Notes: a model not told the origin generated them from the sequence alone. Counted from the first letter of the stretch, positions 27,515-38,536 are shown. The stretch is 64,000 nucleotides of DNA from an uncultured virus (IMG/VR IMGVR_UViG_3300022939_000006) (IMGVR_UViG_3300022939_000006); one strand, 5' to 3'. A program made the numbers and translations.

Positions 27515-30118
27515 TTAACTTACTCCACTATTCAAATTTGGATCTATACTTGCTACTAATATTGGACTTCTTACCCAATCAGGATCATATCTACCATTAG
27601 ACAAAAACTTAGCTTGATAGTAACCTTGATCTTTTGGATAGCCAAGATTAAATCCGCCTTCTGTACCAGCAATGGCCATTCTAAAGTTTCCTAAAACACC
27701 TCTACCAAAATCTCTATATCTTTCTTTAAGGTATGCGGCAGTAACAGCAACACTCTTTGCTACATCTGTAAGCATCAACGTAGGATCATCTACAATTTCT
27801 ACACCGAATGGATTATAATCTGACACTAACTCTTCTTTTGTAAGTCCAGCAAGTTTACCATAACGTTCGTGATTGCCTTTACCTGTTAGCTGTATAAGTC
27901 CTCTTCCGATAAATTTAGCACCATCACCTGCTGTTGTATTGCCCATGTTACGTCCAAGTCTATGTTGATTACCGTAAACATATTCAAAAAATTGTGCTTT
28001 ATCAGCTTTAAGTTCTGTTAGTGCAGAATCACTAAGTTGTCGTGTACTGCTAAAAATACTACGTATTCTATCGTTGCTTGTTCCGCCATATCCGCCTTCA
28101 GTTTTCAATTCTAATCCAGATTCAGTTTCAGCACAAGCAATAGCAGAGTAAACTTGTTCTTCTGTAAATCCTTCTGCATAAAGAGCTTGTGCAAATACAC
28201 GAGATAACTCTTGTTTACTTACTTTTACAGGTTCTGGATCAGGTGGAATATTTGCCGCTCCTACAGGATCAAATCTTGCACTTCCTTCCGGTGCTGTTCC
28301 TGAGGTATTGTAACTATTTGGTTGAGATCCTGAAAGTACAACTGTTCCTCCAGGTCCTCTAGCAAATGTATCTGGAGTGCTAGGAGGATAAGTTTCAGGT
28401 TGTGAGTTTCCTGCACGTATATTATCTGAACTATATTTTACTGGATCTAAATGTTCATGTTCAAACCAAGGTTCTTGTGAAGGACGTCTACTTGTTTCTC
28501 TTGCTAATTCAGGAGGAGTAGGATCTACAATATTTGGAGCAGGTGGAATAACTGCTTCTGCAGGTGCTTGCGGCGCTGGAGGAGTTGATCCTTGAATATC
28601 AATATCGTTTCCGTCAGCATATATTACCATGTTTGCACCAGCATGTAAATTTTGTGTAGCATCAGATCGTAGTGTCATAGTGCCTACACTCTTAACATGA
28701 AAAATATTCCCTGCTTCTATTTTCGTTGCTAATGCACTTTTTTGCGAAATCTCGGCTTCTGCTAATACTTTAATATTTCCTAATGCTTTTAAATTGTAAT
28801 CTCCATCAGTAGTAATGTTTACATATCCACAACCTTCTATACCTACACCTGTTGCACTACCAAGAGCTAAATTTTCTCCAGATATAACACTTTGTTTTGC
28901 ACCTGCAACAATACTACCTTCGTTAGTCGCATATAGTATCATATTAGTGTTGGTTTGCATACTTATATCAGCACTTGCATTTACACTAAACTGTGTACCG
29001 CTTACCATATTGGTGCTGTTAATAGTGCTTGTTTTAATTTTATCTGCTACAAGATTAAATGTTTGACCAGCTGTAATGTTAACATCTTTATCTGCCGTAA
29101 AATTAATATCTTCTTGAGATCTTACACTAATACTATCTCTACTGTAAATATCAATTTTTCCGTTACTTGTAAGTTCAATCCACGCTGTTCCTCTACTGTT
29201 ACTAATGTAAATTAAATCTTCAGTATTGTGCAACACAATTTGGTGTCCTGTACGTGTTCTTAATCGGACATGCTCATTGTGAGGAAGTGTAGGATCGCCG
29301 CCATCTTCTCTAGCCTCTAAATTTATATATTGCATAGGTGTTTCCCAAGGTTTACCTATACGTAAAAATTTATCATCACCGTCGTCCATTACAAAACTAG
29401 AACCGCCTAATCTACTTTTGAACATGCTTACTTTAGTACCTTCGTGTCCAATTTCAGCTTTTGGAGCACCTTCTCTTTTATCTAAAGGTCCTGGTGTACT
29501 CCATCCAAATACTGCACTCGGAATATCTCTTCTAGCACTTGATGTTGTGATTCCCCTTACTTCGTCTTCAATTAAACCACTTTGTATAAGACTTTTTGCC
29601 AAATCTAAATGAACAGATTTTTGCACTGTTGTAGGATCTGATGGAGTTTGATGAATAAATTTATTAAATTCTGCGGCTGGTGCTTTTTTCGGAAAGTCTC
29701 GCAAATTTGCTGTTGAAGAATTTCCGGGTACCATAAAATTCATAAATTCGTCTTGGATACATCCTATCCAATAACACTTGCTTGTATTTCCTTCTGCAAA
29801 AATTACAAGAACTCTTGTACCAACATCAGGTGGCACTGCCCAAAATCCTGAACTTTGTTGTGTGTGTCTATAACCTTCATTTCTTGATGATTGAGAAACT
29901 GGTGTTACATTGTAAAAGGGACTCAAATAACTTGCTTCAAATATTTGTCCTGATCTTTCTGGTTGGTTACCCGAAGCAGACTGTTTTAGCAATTCAACCT
30001 GTAGTGTACCCATGTATTTTGTATCAAGATTGTTAATTACAATAGCTTCAAACGGACCTGGACTTAGAGGTTGTGTAGGCCTTACTGATCTTCCTTGTGT
30101 TCTACTCATTCCTGCCAT
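27515..30118 (-). CDS. gp5: Baseplate central spike (gp5/VgrG-like) with C-terminal GH19-like lysozyme domain
   Basis: OB-fold motif WAVPPDVGTRVLVIF.EG...YWIG; RTRTGHQI and beta-helix repeats; C-terminal ETESG...YG...MGN...GDG.KFIGRGLIQLTG. Start placed at the TAATG overlap at 30118. Confidence 0.82.
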   Translation of the reverse strand: MAGMSRTQGRSVRPTQPLSPGPFEAIVINNLDTKYMGTLQVELLKQSASGNQPERSGQIFEASYLSPFYNVTPVSQSSRNEGYRHTQQSSGFWAVPPDVGTRVLVIFAEGNTSKCYWIGCIQDEFMNFMVPGNSSTANLRDFPKKAPAAEFNKFIHQTPSDPTTVQKSVHLDLAKSLIQSGLIEDEVRGITTSSARRDIPSAVFGWSTPGPLDKREGAPKAEIGHEGTKVSMFKSRLGGSSFVMDDGDDKFLRIGKPWETPMQYINLEAREDGGDPTLPHNEHVRLRTRTGHQIVLHNTEDLIYISNSRGTAWIELTSNGKIDIYSRDSISVRSQEDINFTADKDVNITAGQTFNLVADKIKTSTINSTNMVSGTQFSVNASADISMQTNTNMILYATNEGSIVAGAKQSVISGENLALGSATGVGIEGCGYVNITTDGDYNLKALGNIKVLAEAEISQKSALATKIEAGNIFHVKSVGTMTLRSDATQNLHAGANMVIYADGNDIDIQGSTPPAPQAPAEAVIPPAPNIVDPTPPELARETSRRPSQEPWFEHEHLDPVKYSSDNIRAGNSQPETYPPSTPDTFARGPGGTVVLSGSQPNSYNTSGTAPEGSARFDPVGAANIPPDPEPVKVSKQELSRVFAQALYAEGFTEEQVYSAIACAETESGLELKTEGGYGGTSNDRIRSIFSSTRQLSDSALTELKADKAQFFEYVYGNQHRLGRNMGNTTAGDGAKFIGRGLIQLTGKGNHERYGKLAGLTKEELVSDYNPFGVEIVDDPTLMLTDVAKSVAVTAAYLKERYRDFGRGVLGNFRMAIAGTEGGFNLGYPKDQGYYQAKFLSNGRYDPDWVRSPILVASIDPNLNSGVS

Positions 30119-33100
30119 TAAAATCCACCTTCCCATCTACCAGTTCTTTTATTGTAGCGAACATTTCCACCAAGATCTGCTCTTGGTAAATTTACTGCCG
30201 GAGCATCAATATTTCCTTCATTAAGACGCTGAAGTTGTGAAGCCGCTTCACTAGCCGATTGTTCTATAGCTGTTGGAATTTGTACTGGAATATTTTGATT
30301 AGCAATATTAATTGCTTGTTCTGTACTTACAGGACCATTAGGTAGACCTCCTCTTAGCAAAGGACTTACTCCTAATGTATCTCTATTTAATAATTGTTCT
30401 GAACTCATAATACTATCTGTGTATGCACTTGGATTGATTGTAGTAACAGCATCGTTAAGACTAGAAAGATTTTGTCCTAAACTATTTTGTAAGTTACTTC
30501 CAACACTTGATCCAATGTTTCCTAAAACATCGCCTCCATTTAAATTTAGCTGTGTAAGACCTAGTAAGTCTTGAGAAGCGGCTGTAAGTGCATTGAAGTC
30601 TGTACCTATCTGTGCTAGATCTTTTATGTTTATACCATTTTGGAATGTTTCAAATGCACTTGCAACTTGACCAAATGCCGCAAACGCATCACTGCCTATT
30701 ATATCTCTTGTTTTTGTAATGACACTTCTAAGGTTATTAAATCCTGGTAAAATGTTTTCTGCTTCTACCATCCAGTCTAATCTATTAGCTGTATCACCTA
30801 CTCTAGAATTTGTAGCTGTCAATCGTTTTGCAAATTCTGCTGTAATCTCATTTACACTTTCTGCTGGATTAGTAATAGGAACTAGAGCTCCTACATTTTG
30901 GCTTGGTCCAGATTCTTCTTGATTACGCATTCTAATCATTTGCAATTCTTGTGTAAATACACCTTCTTCAAATTTATGCTGTATTTGAATCACTCTATAT
31001 AAACCACTAAACGTATCAACAATTATTAAATCTTCTGGAAAGATCATTTTGCCCGAAGTTGGATCTGTATCTACAGGTGTCCTAAATAATACATTACAAT
31101 AAACTTCACTTCTTCCTGTATTCACTTGCCCGTCAGCTGTCATTGCTGTGTAAGCAGTATCTCTAGCATGATAGTTACCTACACCGTTATCAGATAACCA
31201 AAAAGGATCACCTACAATACGCATGTCTACCCTAATCATGTCTACATTAGAAAAAATTAATCTATCGTTAAAAGCTCTAGCAACTTGTATTTGAGGATCT
31301 GCAATTCCGCTACTGTGATCATTTCCTGAAGCGTTATTAACAGTTTCAACAGCTGATGCTTGTCCTTCTATAGGTGTGGTAGTGCCTGCTCCGTCACCTC
31401 CTGATCTAAAGCCAGGATGAGGGTGTCTTGCGGCTTGCCCTTCTGCCGCACCTACTCTATCTGCGGCTGAGCCTGATCCTCTGTCAGCTGTAAAAGGTGC
31501 CAAAAATGCGTAATTGTATTCTATATTAAAATCAAGGACTGATTTATTTTTTCCTGTATAAACATAGTTGTATTCTTTTGCGGCTTGTACTTTTCTTTCT
31601 GCTACTCCTTGTGTAGGTTCACTTACTGCCGCAAAATGTTCGTGACCGTATTTTTTTGGAACAACACGATAAACATACAAAGACGGATATTGACCACCTC
31701 TTTGCAATTCTTCTTCGTCTTTGATGACGTATGTATCTGTCTGTATGTCATACCAATCTACCATGCCATCTTCTGGAAGATCATTTAGTTGGCGTGCAAG
31801 AGCCCTTCCGTATTGGCTACTAATTAAAACTTCTTCAATAATTTCTTGTATTCTAGTACCTGCCTTAAATGAAAATACTCTTATATCATCTGAAAGTTGT
31901 AAATTTCTACTAGTTCGGTTAAAAATAGGATACCTTTGTGATAAACTTTCTTGGTCTGCTAAACCTTGCGAATTCATTGGTTGAGTTCCTCCTGCAAGAG
32001 GATCGTCAATAATCCATTTACTTCCAATTTTATTATTGCTGTAATCACTTGCCGCATATTTCTTAAACATTGTTTCTAACAAACTACTATCAGTAGTTCT
32101 ATTTGCTAAACCGTTATAAAATTCTGCGAAGGTTCCTGGCACTTCTTCTGAACCGGCATCTGTACCTACTAAACTTTGATAGTATTCTGATAGATATGCA
32201 TCAGTAGTTGGTCTATTAGTGTCTGCTGGACTGCTTACACCAAATTCGTCATAGCCCGGTTGCGCTGTAGCTGTGCCTGTATCAAATTCTCCTCCAGCAC
32301 CATATGCATCATAAATGCTTTTTGGTTCAGATTCTCCTGGAAACAATATAACATATTGATCCGGAGCGGCTACTTGATTTTTTTCTTTTAACTCTTTTAA
32401 TCTTTTGTTGTTTATTTCAGTTAAGCTCTGTGCACCTGTTTGTAACATTTCTCTAATTGTTCTGCCACGTAATGCTACATCTGTTTTTATTTGTGTCACT
32501 GAATCGTGTAGTGCCTGCTCATTCCATGCTATAGCTTCTACTTTGTAGGTTGATCCACCTTCGTTTGTTACAAACTGACTATTGATTAATTTTATAGGAA
32601 GTAACCTTCTACCATAAGGAACGTCCATTACGTTACCATCAACGTCATAACCTTTAAAATCAATTGTTAACAAAAAAGGCGCTTGTATGTAATGACCAAA
32701 ACCTGCTGACTTTGCGGCAACTAAAAGTGCTTGATAAAAAAGTCCCATACTGTAAGGTTCGTAAACTTCAAATTCAATTTTTGTTGCATTAGAATTTCTA
32801 TTCCTAGAACCCATCATAACTATGGACTGTATGTTAAGATTATCCATAAAGAATTCAACACTTGCACCCATTGCTTGTTCTACTCTAGTTCTTGATTCTT
32901 TACCTGTGCGTTTAGCACCGCCACCATTTTGTATAATAGACCATTTGGGTTTTGTAGTTCTATAAAGTTCTGGTTTGTTTATTTCATCTTGAGTAAGTAT
33001 ATGCAAACCAAGAATAGCGTTCATACTTGAATAATCTTCTAATTCATTTGGCCAAGGTGGAGGAGTTACTCCAGGTACCAGTTCTCCAGCACGTACCGAA

Positions 33101-33351
33101 TGTCCAATGGGTCCTGGTTTTGGAGATAAATTACTTTTAAACTGTGTTGGATTTTGTGTAGCAAAAGGAGACTTATTTGTAACTAACCCTAATGCTCCTT
33201 GTGCTTCGCCTTGTAAACCTTCTAACTGAGTTTTTACATTTTGTGTAGCACTAAAAAGTTTATTACGAAAATTATTTTCAAACTCTGGTACAAAGTTTGC
33301 TAAATCGTTAAGTTTTTTGTTTACTCCATTTAGGATGTTTCGGAATGCCAT
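30118..33351 (-). CDS. Putative baseplate hub protein (gp27/late-control-D-like)
   Basis: Lies between gp53 and gp5; M.IVGDPFW and SGLYRVIQIQHKFE.G.FTQ.L motifs typical of hub proteins. Confidence 0.6.
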   Translation of the reverse strand: MAFRNILNGVNKKLNDLANFVPEFENNFRNKLFSATQNVKTQLEGLQGEAQGALGLVTNKSPFATQNPTQFKSNLSPKPGPIGHSVRAGELVPGVTPPPWPNELEDYSSMNAILGLHILTQDEINKPELYRTTKPKWSIIQNGGGAKRTGKESRTRVEQAMGASVEFFMDNLNIQSIVMMGSRNRNSNATKIEFEVYEPYSMGLFYQALLVAAKSAGFGHYIQAPFLLTIDFKGYDVDGNVMDVPYGRRLLPIKLINSQFVTNEGGSTYKVEAIAWNEQALHDSVTQIKTDVALRGRTIREMLQTGAQSLTEINNKRLKELKEKNQVAAPDQYVILFPGESEPKSIYDAYGAGGEFDTGTATAQPGYDEFGVSSPADTNRPTTDAYLSEYYQSLVGTDAGSEEVPGTFAEFYNGLANRTTDSSLLETMFKKYAASDYSNNKIGSKWIIDDPLAGGTQPMNSQGLADQESLSQRYPIFNRTSRNLQLSDDIRVFSFKAGTRIQEIIEEVLISSQYGRALARQLNDLPEDGMVDWYDIQTDTYVIKDEEELQRGGQYPSLYVYRVVPKKYGHEHFAAVSEPTQGVAERKVQAAKEYNYVYTGKNKSVLDFNIEYNYAFLAPFTADRGSGSAADRVGAAEGQAARHPHPGFRSGGDGAGTTTPIEGQASAVETVNNASGNDHSSGIADPQIQVARAFNDRLIFSNVDMIRVDMRIVGDPFWLSDNGVGNYHARDTAYTAMTADGQVNTGRSEVYCNVLFRTPVDTDPTSGKMIFPEDLIIVDTFSGLYRVIQIQHKFEEGVFTQELQMIRMRNQEESGPSQNVGALVPITNPAESVNEITAEFAKRLTATNSRVGDTANRLDWMVEAENILPGFNNLRSVITKTRDIIGSDAFAAFGQVASAFETFQNGINIKDLAQIGTDFNALTAASQDLLGLTQLNLNGGDVLGNIGSSVGSNLQNSLGQNLSSLNDAVTTINPSAYTDSIMSSEQLLNRDTLGVSPLLRGGLPNGPVSTEQAINIANQNIPVQIPTAIEQSASEAASQLQRLNEGNIDAPAVNLPRADLGGNVRYNKRTGRWEGGF

Positions 33352-33352
33352 T

Positions 33353-33658
33353 TTAAATTCCTAACATTGTTTTCAAAGCCGGCCCTTTTGGCAAATATAT
33401 TTTTGTTCCTGCTTCTATATCAAAAACAGGATCTTTAATTGTATCCATATTTCTTTGTGCAAATACCCACCATAATTTTGTAGTGCCATATAAATCATAA
33501 GCTAATAAATCTGGACGGTGTGTGTATTGAGTTTCTATTTCATAAAGTACATCATCTGCTTCAGCAGGCACTGGTCTAATCGAAAAAACTCCTAGATAGT
33601 CATTTCCTACTTTAGGTGTATTTTTCCAAGGACTTGAAGCACTATAACTTGCAGGCAT
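33353..33658 (-). CDS. gp53: Baseplate wedge protein gp53-like (LysM-like)
   Basis: RPDLLAYDLYG...LWWVFA..N...DP.FD...G..IYLP. Confidence 0.82.
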   Translation of the reverse strand: MPASYSASSPWKNTPKVGNDYLGVFSIRPVPAEADDVLYEIETQYTHRPDLLAYDLYGTTKLWWVFAQRNMDTIKDPVFDIEAGTKIYLPKGPALKTMLGI

Positions 33659-34515
33659 TATATCATTCCATTATTACTAATTAATTTTCCACTTACAAAA
33701 TCTTGTAGTGTAAATTTTTCTATATGTGTTCTACTGTAAATTGGTTGTACAGTAACAGCAATTAAACTTTGTGAAGGTACCCAGGTTCCTGGTTTTGTTT
33801 GATTTCCTGGAGTATCTGTTTCTCCCTCAATATCTGTTTTTAGATAATCAACATCTTGCGGCATATCAATATTAAAACCTGTTACTACACATGGTACATT
33901 TTTAAACACATATTCACCATAACCATTAAGTTTTGTAATAGGTGGCGGATTTCCTGTGTTAGCTCCATTGTCTCCATAAAACATTTTAGTCAATGTTCTT
34001 AAGAATGTAACTGCGGCTACCCAATATTTTGCATCTGTGTTGTTTTCAATAAAAAAGTCACCACTAATTGTAATTGCATCCACAGATGATGTTTGATAAT
34101 TAAAAAAAGGATAATTAGTATGTACAGGTTGCATTGAGTTGTAGCTTGCAGAGTGTGAAAATATTATCGAAGGAGTAAAAGGAAATATCATTCTGTTACC
34201 AGTTCCGTCTGTTCCGAGAGGTTTTAATAATTCACTGTTAAGTTCTTGTAATACTGGAGGTACAGATAAACTTACACGCCAATCGTTGTCGCCAGCATCA
34301 TCTATAACCAATGCAGTTGTTGTAGTACGTTCTTCAGGCACACCATTAGCAGGTAAATTCCTACTGCGTACAGATCTCATGTATCCAGCGGCTTCGCCAG
34401 TAAATTTAGCAACTTTATTTGCTTTTTCTGAAATTGCACCCTGCAAAACACCACGTGCATCTCTAGCTATTTGTACACCAGGCTTGTTAGGATCTGCGTC
34501 TTTAAATGTTGGCAT
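33658..34515 (-). CDS. Putative baseplate tail-tube junction/initiator protein (gp48/gp54-like)
   Basis: FPFTP.I...Y...P.H.NY; GNPPP...L.GYG..VF..VP.VV..F..D.P; lies next to gp53. Confidence 0.6.
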   Translation of the reverse strand: MPTFKDADPNKPGVQIARDARGVLQGAISEKANKVAKFTGEAAGYMRSVRSRNLPANGVPEERTTTTALVIDDAGDNDWRVSLSVPPVLQELNSELLKPLGTDGTGNRMIFPFTPSIIFSHSASYNSMQPVHTNYPFFNYQTSSVDAITISGDFFIENNTDAKYWVAAVTFLRTLTKMFYGDNGANTGNPPPITKLNGYGEYVFKNVPCVVTGFNIDMPQDVDYLKTDIEGETDTPGNQTKPGTWVPSQSLIAVTVQPIYSRTHIEKFTLQDFVSGKLISNNGMI

Positions 34516-34538
34516 AATTATTTTACTCCTAGTAGTAT

Positions 34539-34546
34539 TATTTAGT
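34539..34546 (-). promoter_or_regulatory. Late promoter (ACTAAATA) driving the leftward baseplate operon
   Basis: TAAATA core upstream of AGGAG and the ATG at 34515. Confidence 0.65.
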
Positions 34547-34574
34547 TGACTTTTTAATGTACGTATATTATAAT
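34546..34574 (+). promoter_or_regulatory. Sigma70-type promoter for gp55
   Basis: TTGACT-N17-TATAAT. Confidence 0.8.
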
Positions 34575-34599
34575 AAGGCTATAAAACGGAAAGAGGAAT

Positions 34600-35430
34600 A
34601 TGAGAAAAACAAATTACTTAAACAATAAAGACATATTAGCAGAAATACATAAATCAAAAAATACGTTTAATAGTTATACAGATCCAGAATATGGATATTT
34701 TGATATTATTTTACCAGACGTGTCTAAAATAAACATAAGAACTATTGCAGAAGCAAAAAGAAATAAAGCAAAAAAATTAAGCACACAAGCGTTTGAACAA
34801 GCAAAAGCTCAGGGTAAAAAAGTAAAACAAGCAGATTGTGCTATAGATTACAAAAAAATTGACAAAAATGAATTAATTTTTAGAATTATGACTTACGAAC
34901 ATATTCCTGAAGAGCCAGGACGTAAGAAAAATCCAAAAACTGTAGCAGATACAAAAGTAAAATTAAATTTTCCGCCTTTCCAGCACTACAAATTCAATGA
35001 CGACAATGAATTAATAGTAGTTGGAAAAAGCCATTGGCAAGGAGGCATGGAAAATGGCCATTTTTCACTTACGCACGGCCAAGCAACAAATAAACTTGCT
35101 ATGATGTGGATGAAATTGTGTGATCGTTATGCTACAAGAGGTAATGTAAGAGGATATACTTACAATGATGAAATGCGAGGACAAGCAATACTGCAATTAG
35201 CACAGATTGGATTGCAGTTTGACGAATCTAAAAGTAACAACCCGTTTGCTTACTACACAGCGGCAGTCACAAACTCATTTGTACGTGTTATCAACCTTGA
35301 AAAACGTAATCAGAACATTAGAGACGACATCCTTGAAATGAATGATATGAACCCAAGTTATACTAGACAGCATCAAGGCGAATGGGAAGCAAGTGTTAGA
35401 CGCGAAAAAGAAGCGGCAGAGGCAAAATAA
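34600..35430 (+). CDS. gp55: RNA polymerase sigma factor for late transcription (gp55-like)
   Basis: NYLNNKD.L at the N terminus; GYTYNDEM...A...FDESKS.NPFAYYT..V.NSF.R.I..EK; lies next to gp47/gp46. Confidence 0.88.
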   Translation: MRKTNYLNNKDILAEIHKSKNTFNSYTDPEYGYFDIILPDVSKINIRTIAEAKRNKAKKLSTQAFEQAKAQGKKVKQADCAIDYKKIDKNELIFRIMTYEHIPEEPGRKKNPKTVADTKVKLNFPPFQHYKFNDDNELIVVGKSHWQGGMENGHFSLTHGQATNKLAMMWMKLCDRYATRGNVRGYTYNDEMRGQAILQLAQIGLQFDESKSNNPFAYYTAAVTNSFVRVINLEKRNQNIRDDILEMNDMNPSYTRQHQGEWEASVRREKEAAEAK

Positions 35431-35434
35431 CCTC

Positions 35435-35463
35435 TTGACTTTATACAATTTTTAGTGTAAGCT
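35435..35463 (+). promoter_or_regulatory. Sigma70-type promoter for gp47/gp46
   Basis: TTGACT-N17-TAAGCT. Confidence 0.6.
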
Positions 35464-35489
35464 AGTAAAAAATATTAAGAGGATATTAA

Positions 35490-36500
35490 ATGTTTAAGAA
35501 AGCGGCTGTCTTTACAGATATCCATTTTGGCCTTAAAGGCAATAGTAAGGTTCACAACGATGATTGTGAAAGATTTATAGACTGGTACATAGAACGTGCA
35601 AAAGAGCACGGTTGTGAAACTGGTATATTTTGTGGTGATTGGCACCACAACAGGAATAGTCTTAATCTTACAACTATGGATGCTACTATACGTTGTTTAG
35701 AAAAACTTGGACAAGCATTTGAAAATTTTTATATGTTTGTTGGCAATCACGATTTGTACTACAAAGACAAACGTGATGTAAGTTCAACAGAGTTTGCAAG
35801 GCATATTCCAGGTATTACAGTAGTAGAAAATTTTACTGAAATTGAAGATGTAGCACTTGTTCCTTGGTTAGTTGGAGACGAGTGGCAAAAAATACAAAAA
35901 TGTAAAGCCAAATATATGTTTGGTCATTTTGAATTACCTCATTTTTATATGAATGCTATGGTGCAAATGCCAGATCATGGTGATTTGAAAGCAGAACACT
36001 TTGTAAATCAAGAGTATGTGTTTAGCGGACATTTTCATAAACGTCAACGACAAGGAAAAATACATTATCTGGGTAATGCATTTCCGCACAACTATGCAGA
36101 TGCATGGGATGACAAACGCGGAATGATGGTGCTTGATAGAGAAAACAACGAAGAGCCTGTGTACATTGACTGGGAAGATTGTCCAAAATACAGAACAACT
36201 ACATTAAGCAAACTTCTAGACCCACAATCAGATGTTATCAAAGCTAATATGTATCTGCGTGTTACTATTGACGTTCCAATTAGCTACGAAGAAGCAAGTT
36301 TTATTAAAGAAACTTATGTAAACAATTATGGATGTAGAGAAATAACACTAATTCCTGAAAAACAAATGGAAGAAATTAGTACAAACTTAGATATTACTAA
36401 GTTTGAAAGTGTTGATCAAATTGTTTCAAAAGAAATTGAAGCTATTGAAAGTGAACAATTTAATAAAAAAATGTTACTAGACATATACAACGAGTTATAA
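35490..36500 (+). CDS. gp47: Recombination nuclease subunit (gp47; Mre11/SbcD-like)
   Basis: Metallophosphoesterase motifs D.H.G, GD, GNHD, GH, SGHFH. Confidence 0.92.
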   Translation: MFKKAAVFTDIHFGLKGNSKVHNDDCERFIDWYIERAKEHGCETGIFCGDWHHNRNSLNLTTMDATIRCLEKLGQAFENFYMFVGNHDLYYKDKRDVSSTEFARHIPGITVVENFTEIEDVALVPWLVGDEWQKIQKCKAKYMFGHFELPHFYMNAMVQMPDHGDLKAEHFVNQEYVFSGHFHKRQRQGKIHYLGNAFPHNYADAWDDKRGMMVLDRENNEEPVYIDWEDCPKYRTTTLSKLLDPQSDVIKANMYLRVTIDVPISYEEASFIKETYVNNYGCREITLIPEKQMEEISTNLDITKFESVDQIVSKEIEAIESEQFNKKMLLDIYNEL

Positions 36501-38273
36501 ATGCTAAAAATAAAAGATTTAACAGTAAAGAATTTTATGAGTGTGGGTAATCAAACCCAAGCTGTTGATTTTAACAAACAACAACTAACACTCGTGCTTG
36601 GTGAAAACTTAGATCAAGGAGGTGATGATTCTGGATCACGTAACGGTACAGGCAAAACTACAATAATCAATGCATTATCGTATGCACTGTATGGCCAAGC
36701 ATTGACCAACATCAAACGGAACAATCTTATTAATAAGACTAATTCTAAAGGGATGTTGGTCACCCTACATTTTGAGAAAGATGGACAAGACTACAGAATT
36801 GAGCGCGGACGCTCTCCCAATGTTTTGAAATTCTTTATCAATAATGAAGAGCAAGAACTAATTGATGAATCTCAAGGTGACAGCCGCAAGACCCAAGAGA
36901 CTATCAATAGCTTGCTAGGTATGAGTCACGATATGTTTAAACATGTCGTGGCTCTTAATACCTATACTGAACCTTTTTTATCATTGCGGCAAAATGATCA
37001 ACGTGCAATTATTGAACAACTTTTAGGCATTACAATACTAACTGAAAAAGCAGAAATACTTAAAGAACAGATCAAACAAACAAAAGATGCAATTACGGAA
37101 GAAACTGCAAAAATTACAGGTATACAAACTGCTAACGAAAGAGTACAAAGTACTATCACTAGTTTACAAGGAACACAACGGGCTTGGCAAGCAAAGAAAA
37201 AAGCAGATGAAGAAAAACTTGCACAATCAATTGACGAACTAGAACATTTAGATATAGACAAAGAATTAGATGCACATGAAAAACTAGCCAATTGGACAGA
37301 AATGAACAATGCTATTATGGCTCTTAACAAAGAAAAAAGCACACTAGAGAGTGCATTACTACGTGCTAACAAGTCTGTGGAAAAAGCAGAAAAAGACATC
37401 GCAAATCTAGAAGATGCTACTTGTTATACATGTGGACAAGCACTACATGATGATAAAAAAGCTGAATTAGAGACACGTAAAACTAAAGAACTAGAAGATG
37501 CACTTGCATACCAAACAGAAGTAGCAGACAAACTTGAAGATGTTGTTAAAGGACTAAATGAAATTGGTGATATTAACGGAAGACCTAACACATTTTACGA
37601 AAGTGCAAAAGAAGCATATGAGCATAGACAGAATGTTGATAGCTTAAAACAAGCATTAGAAAACAAAACCAACGAAGATGATCCGTATGCAGAGCAAATT
37701 AAAGAATTAGAAACAACTGCACTACAAGAAATAGATTGGCAGGCTGTAAACACACTAGATACATTTAAAGAACACCAAGAATTTTTATTAAAATTACTGA
37801 CAAACAAAGATAGTTTTATACGTAAGAAAATTATTGATCAGAATCTTGCATATTTGAACAATAGACTTACACATTATTTAGATAAACTAGGACTTCCTCA
37901 TCAAGTTGAATTCCAAAATGATTTAAATGTACAAATTACACAACTTGGACAAGACTTAGACTTTGATAACTTGAGTCGAGGTGAGAGAAATAGACTTATA
38001 CTTGGTATGAGCTTTTCATTCCGAGATGTATGGGAAAGTTTGTATCAAAATATTAACTTGTTGTTTATTGATGAGCTTATTGATAGTGGTATGGACACAG
38101 CTGGTGTAGAAAGTTCATTAGCAGTAATCAAGAAAATGGGTAGAGAATTACAGAAAAATGTATTCCTCATCTCACACAAAGATGAACTTGTAGGTAGAGT
38201 AAATCATGTTATGAAAGTTATTAAAGAAAACGGATTTACATCGTATGAAAATGATATAGAGATAGTAGAATGA
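36501..38273 (+). CDS. gp46: Recombination ATPase subunit (gp46; Rad50/SbcC-like)
   Basis: Walker A NGTGKTT, coiled coil with CYTC zinc hook, LSRGE signature, LFIDE Walker B, ISH. Confidence 0.93.
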   Translation: MLKIKDLTVKNFMSVGNQTQAVDFNKQQLTLVLGENLDQGGDDSGSRNGTGKTTIINALSYALYGQALTNIKRNNLINKTNSKGMLVTLHFEKDGQDYRIERGRSPNVLKFFINNEEQELIDESQGDSRKTQETINSLLGMSHDMFKHVVALNTYTEPFLSLRQNDQRAIIEQLLGITILTEKAEILKEQIKQTKDAITEETAKITGIQTANERVQSTITSLQGTQRAWQAKKKADEEKLAQSIDELEHLDIDKELDAHEKLANWTEMNNAIMALNKEKSTLESALLRANKSVEKAEKDIANLEDATCYTCGQALHDDKKAELETRKTKELEDALAYQTEVADKLEDVVKGLNEIGDINGRPNTFYESAKEAYEHRQNVDSLKQALENKTNEDDPYAEQIKELETTALQEIDWQAVNTLDTFKEHQEFLLKLLTNKDSFIRKKIIDQNLAYLNNRLTHYLDKLGLPHQVEFQNDLNVQITQLGQDLDFDNLSRGERNRLILGMSFSFRDVWESLYQNINLLFIDELIDSGMDTAGVESSLAVIKKMGRELQKNVFLISHKDELVGRVNHVMKVIKENGFTSYENDIEIVE

Positions 38274-38536
38274 GTAAAGATGTAGTTGTATCAAACTGTT
38301 TAGGTGAAGAAGCAACTCCTATAGATCGCCTCTATGGCGATTTGCACGGAAAATATTTTGTTGTACAAAAAGACTTTACACATTACAAAGGCAAAATTCA
38401 TAAAAAAGGCACACTAGTAAAAGGACTTGACGGCAATAGGTTTAGAAGCCATTGTTTTGTAACAGATGATAACCGTTGGTTTGACCGTTGTGGTATGCCA
38501 ATAGCAAAACCTTCTAATTTAGTGAACGATGAGTGA
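38270..38536 (+). CDS. Hypothetical protein
   Basis: 88-aa ORF coupled to gp46 by an ATGA overlap. Confidence 0.55.
   Translation: MSKDVVVSNCLGEEATPIDRLYGDLHGKYFVVQKDFTHYKGKIHKKGTLVKGLDGNRFRSHCFVTDDNRWFDRCGMPIAKPSNLVNDE

Noticed and set aside
1472..32000. Numerous short plus-strand ORFs inside the leftward structural block
   Set aside because: All lie antisense to well-supported genes and lack recognisable motifs or RBS.
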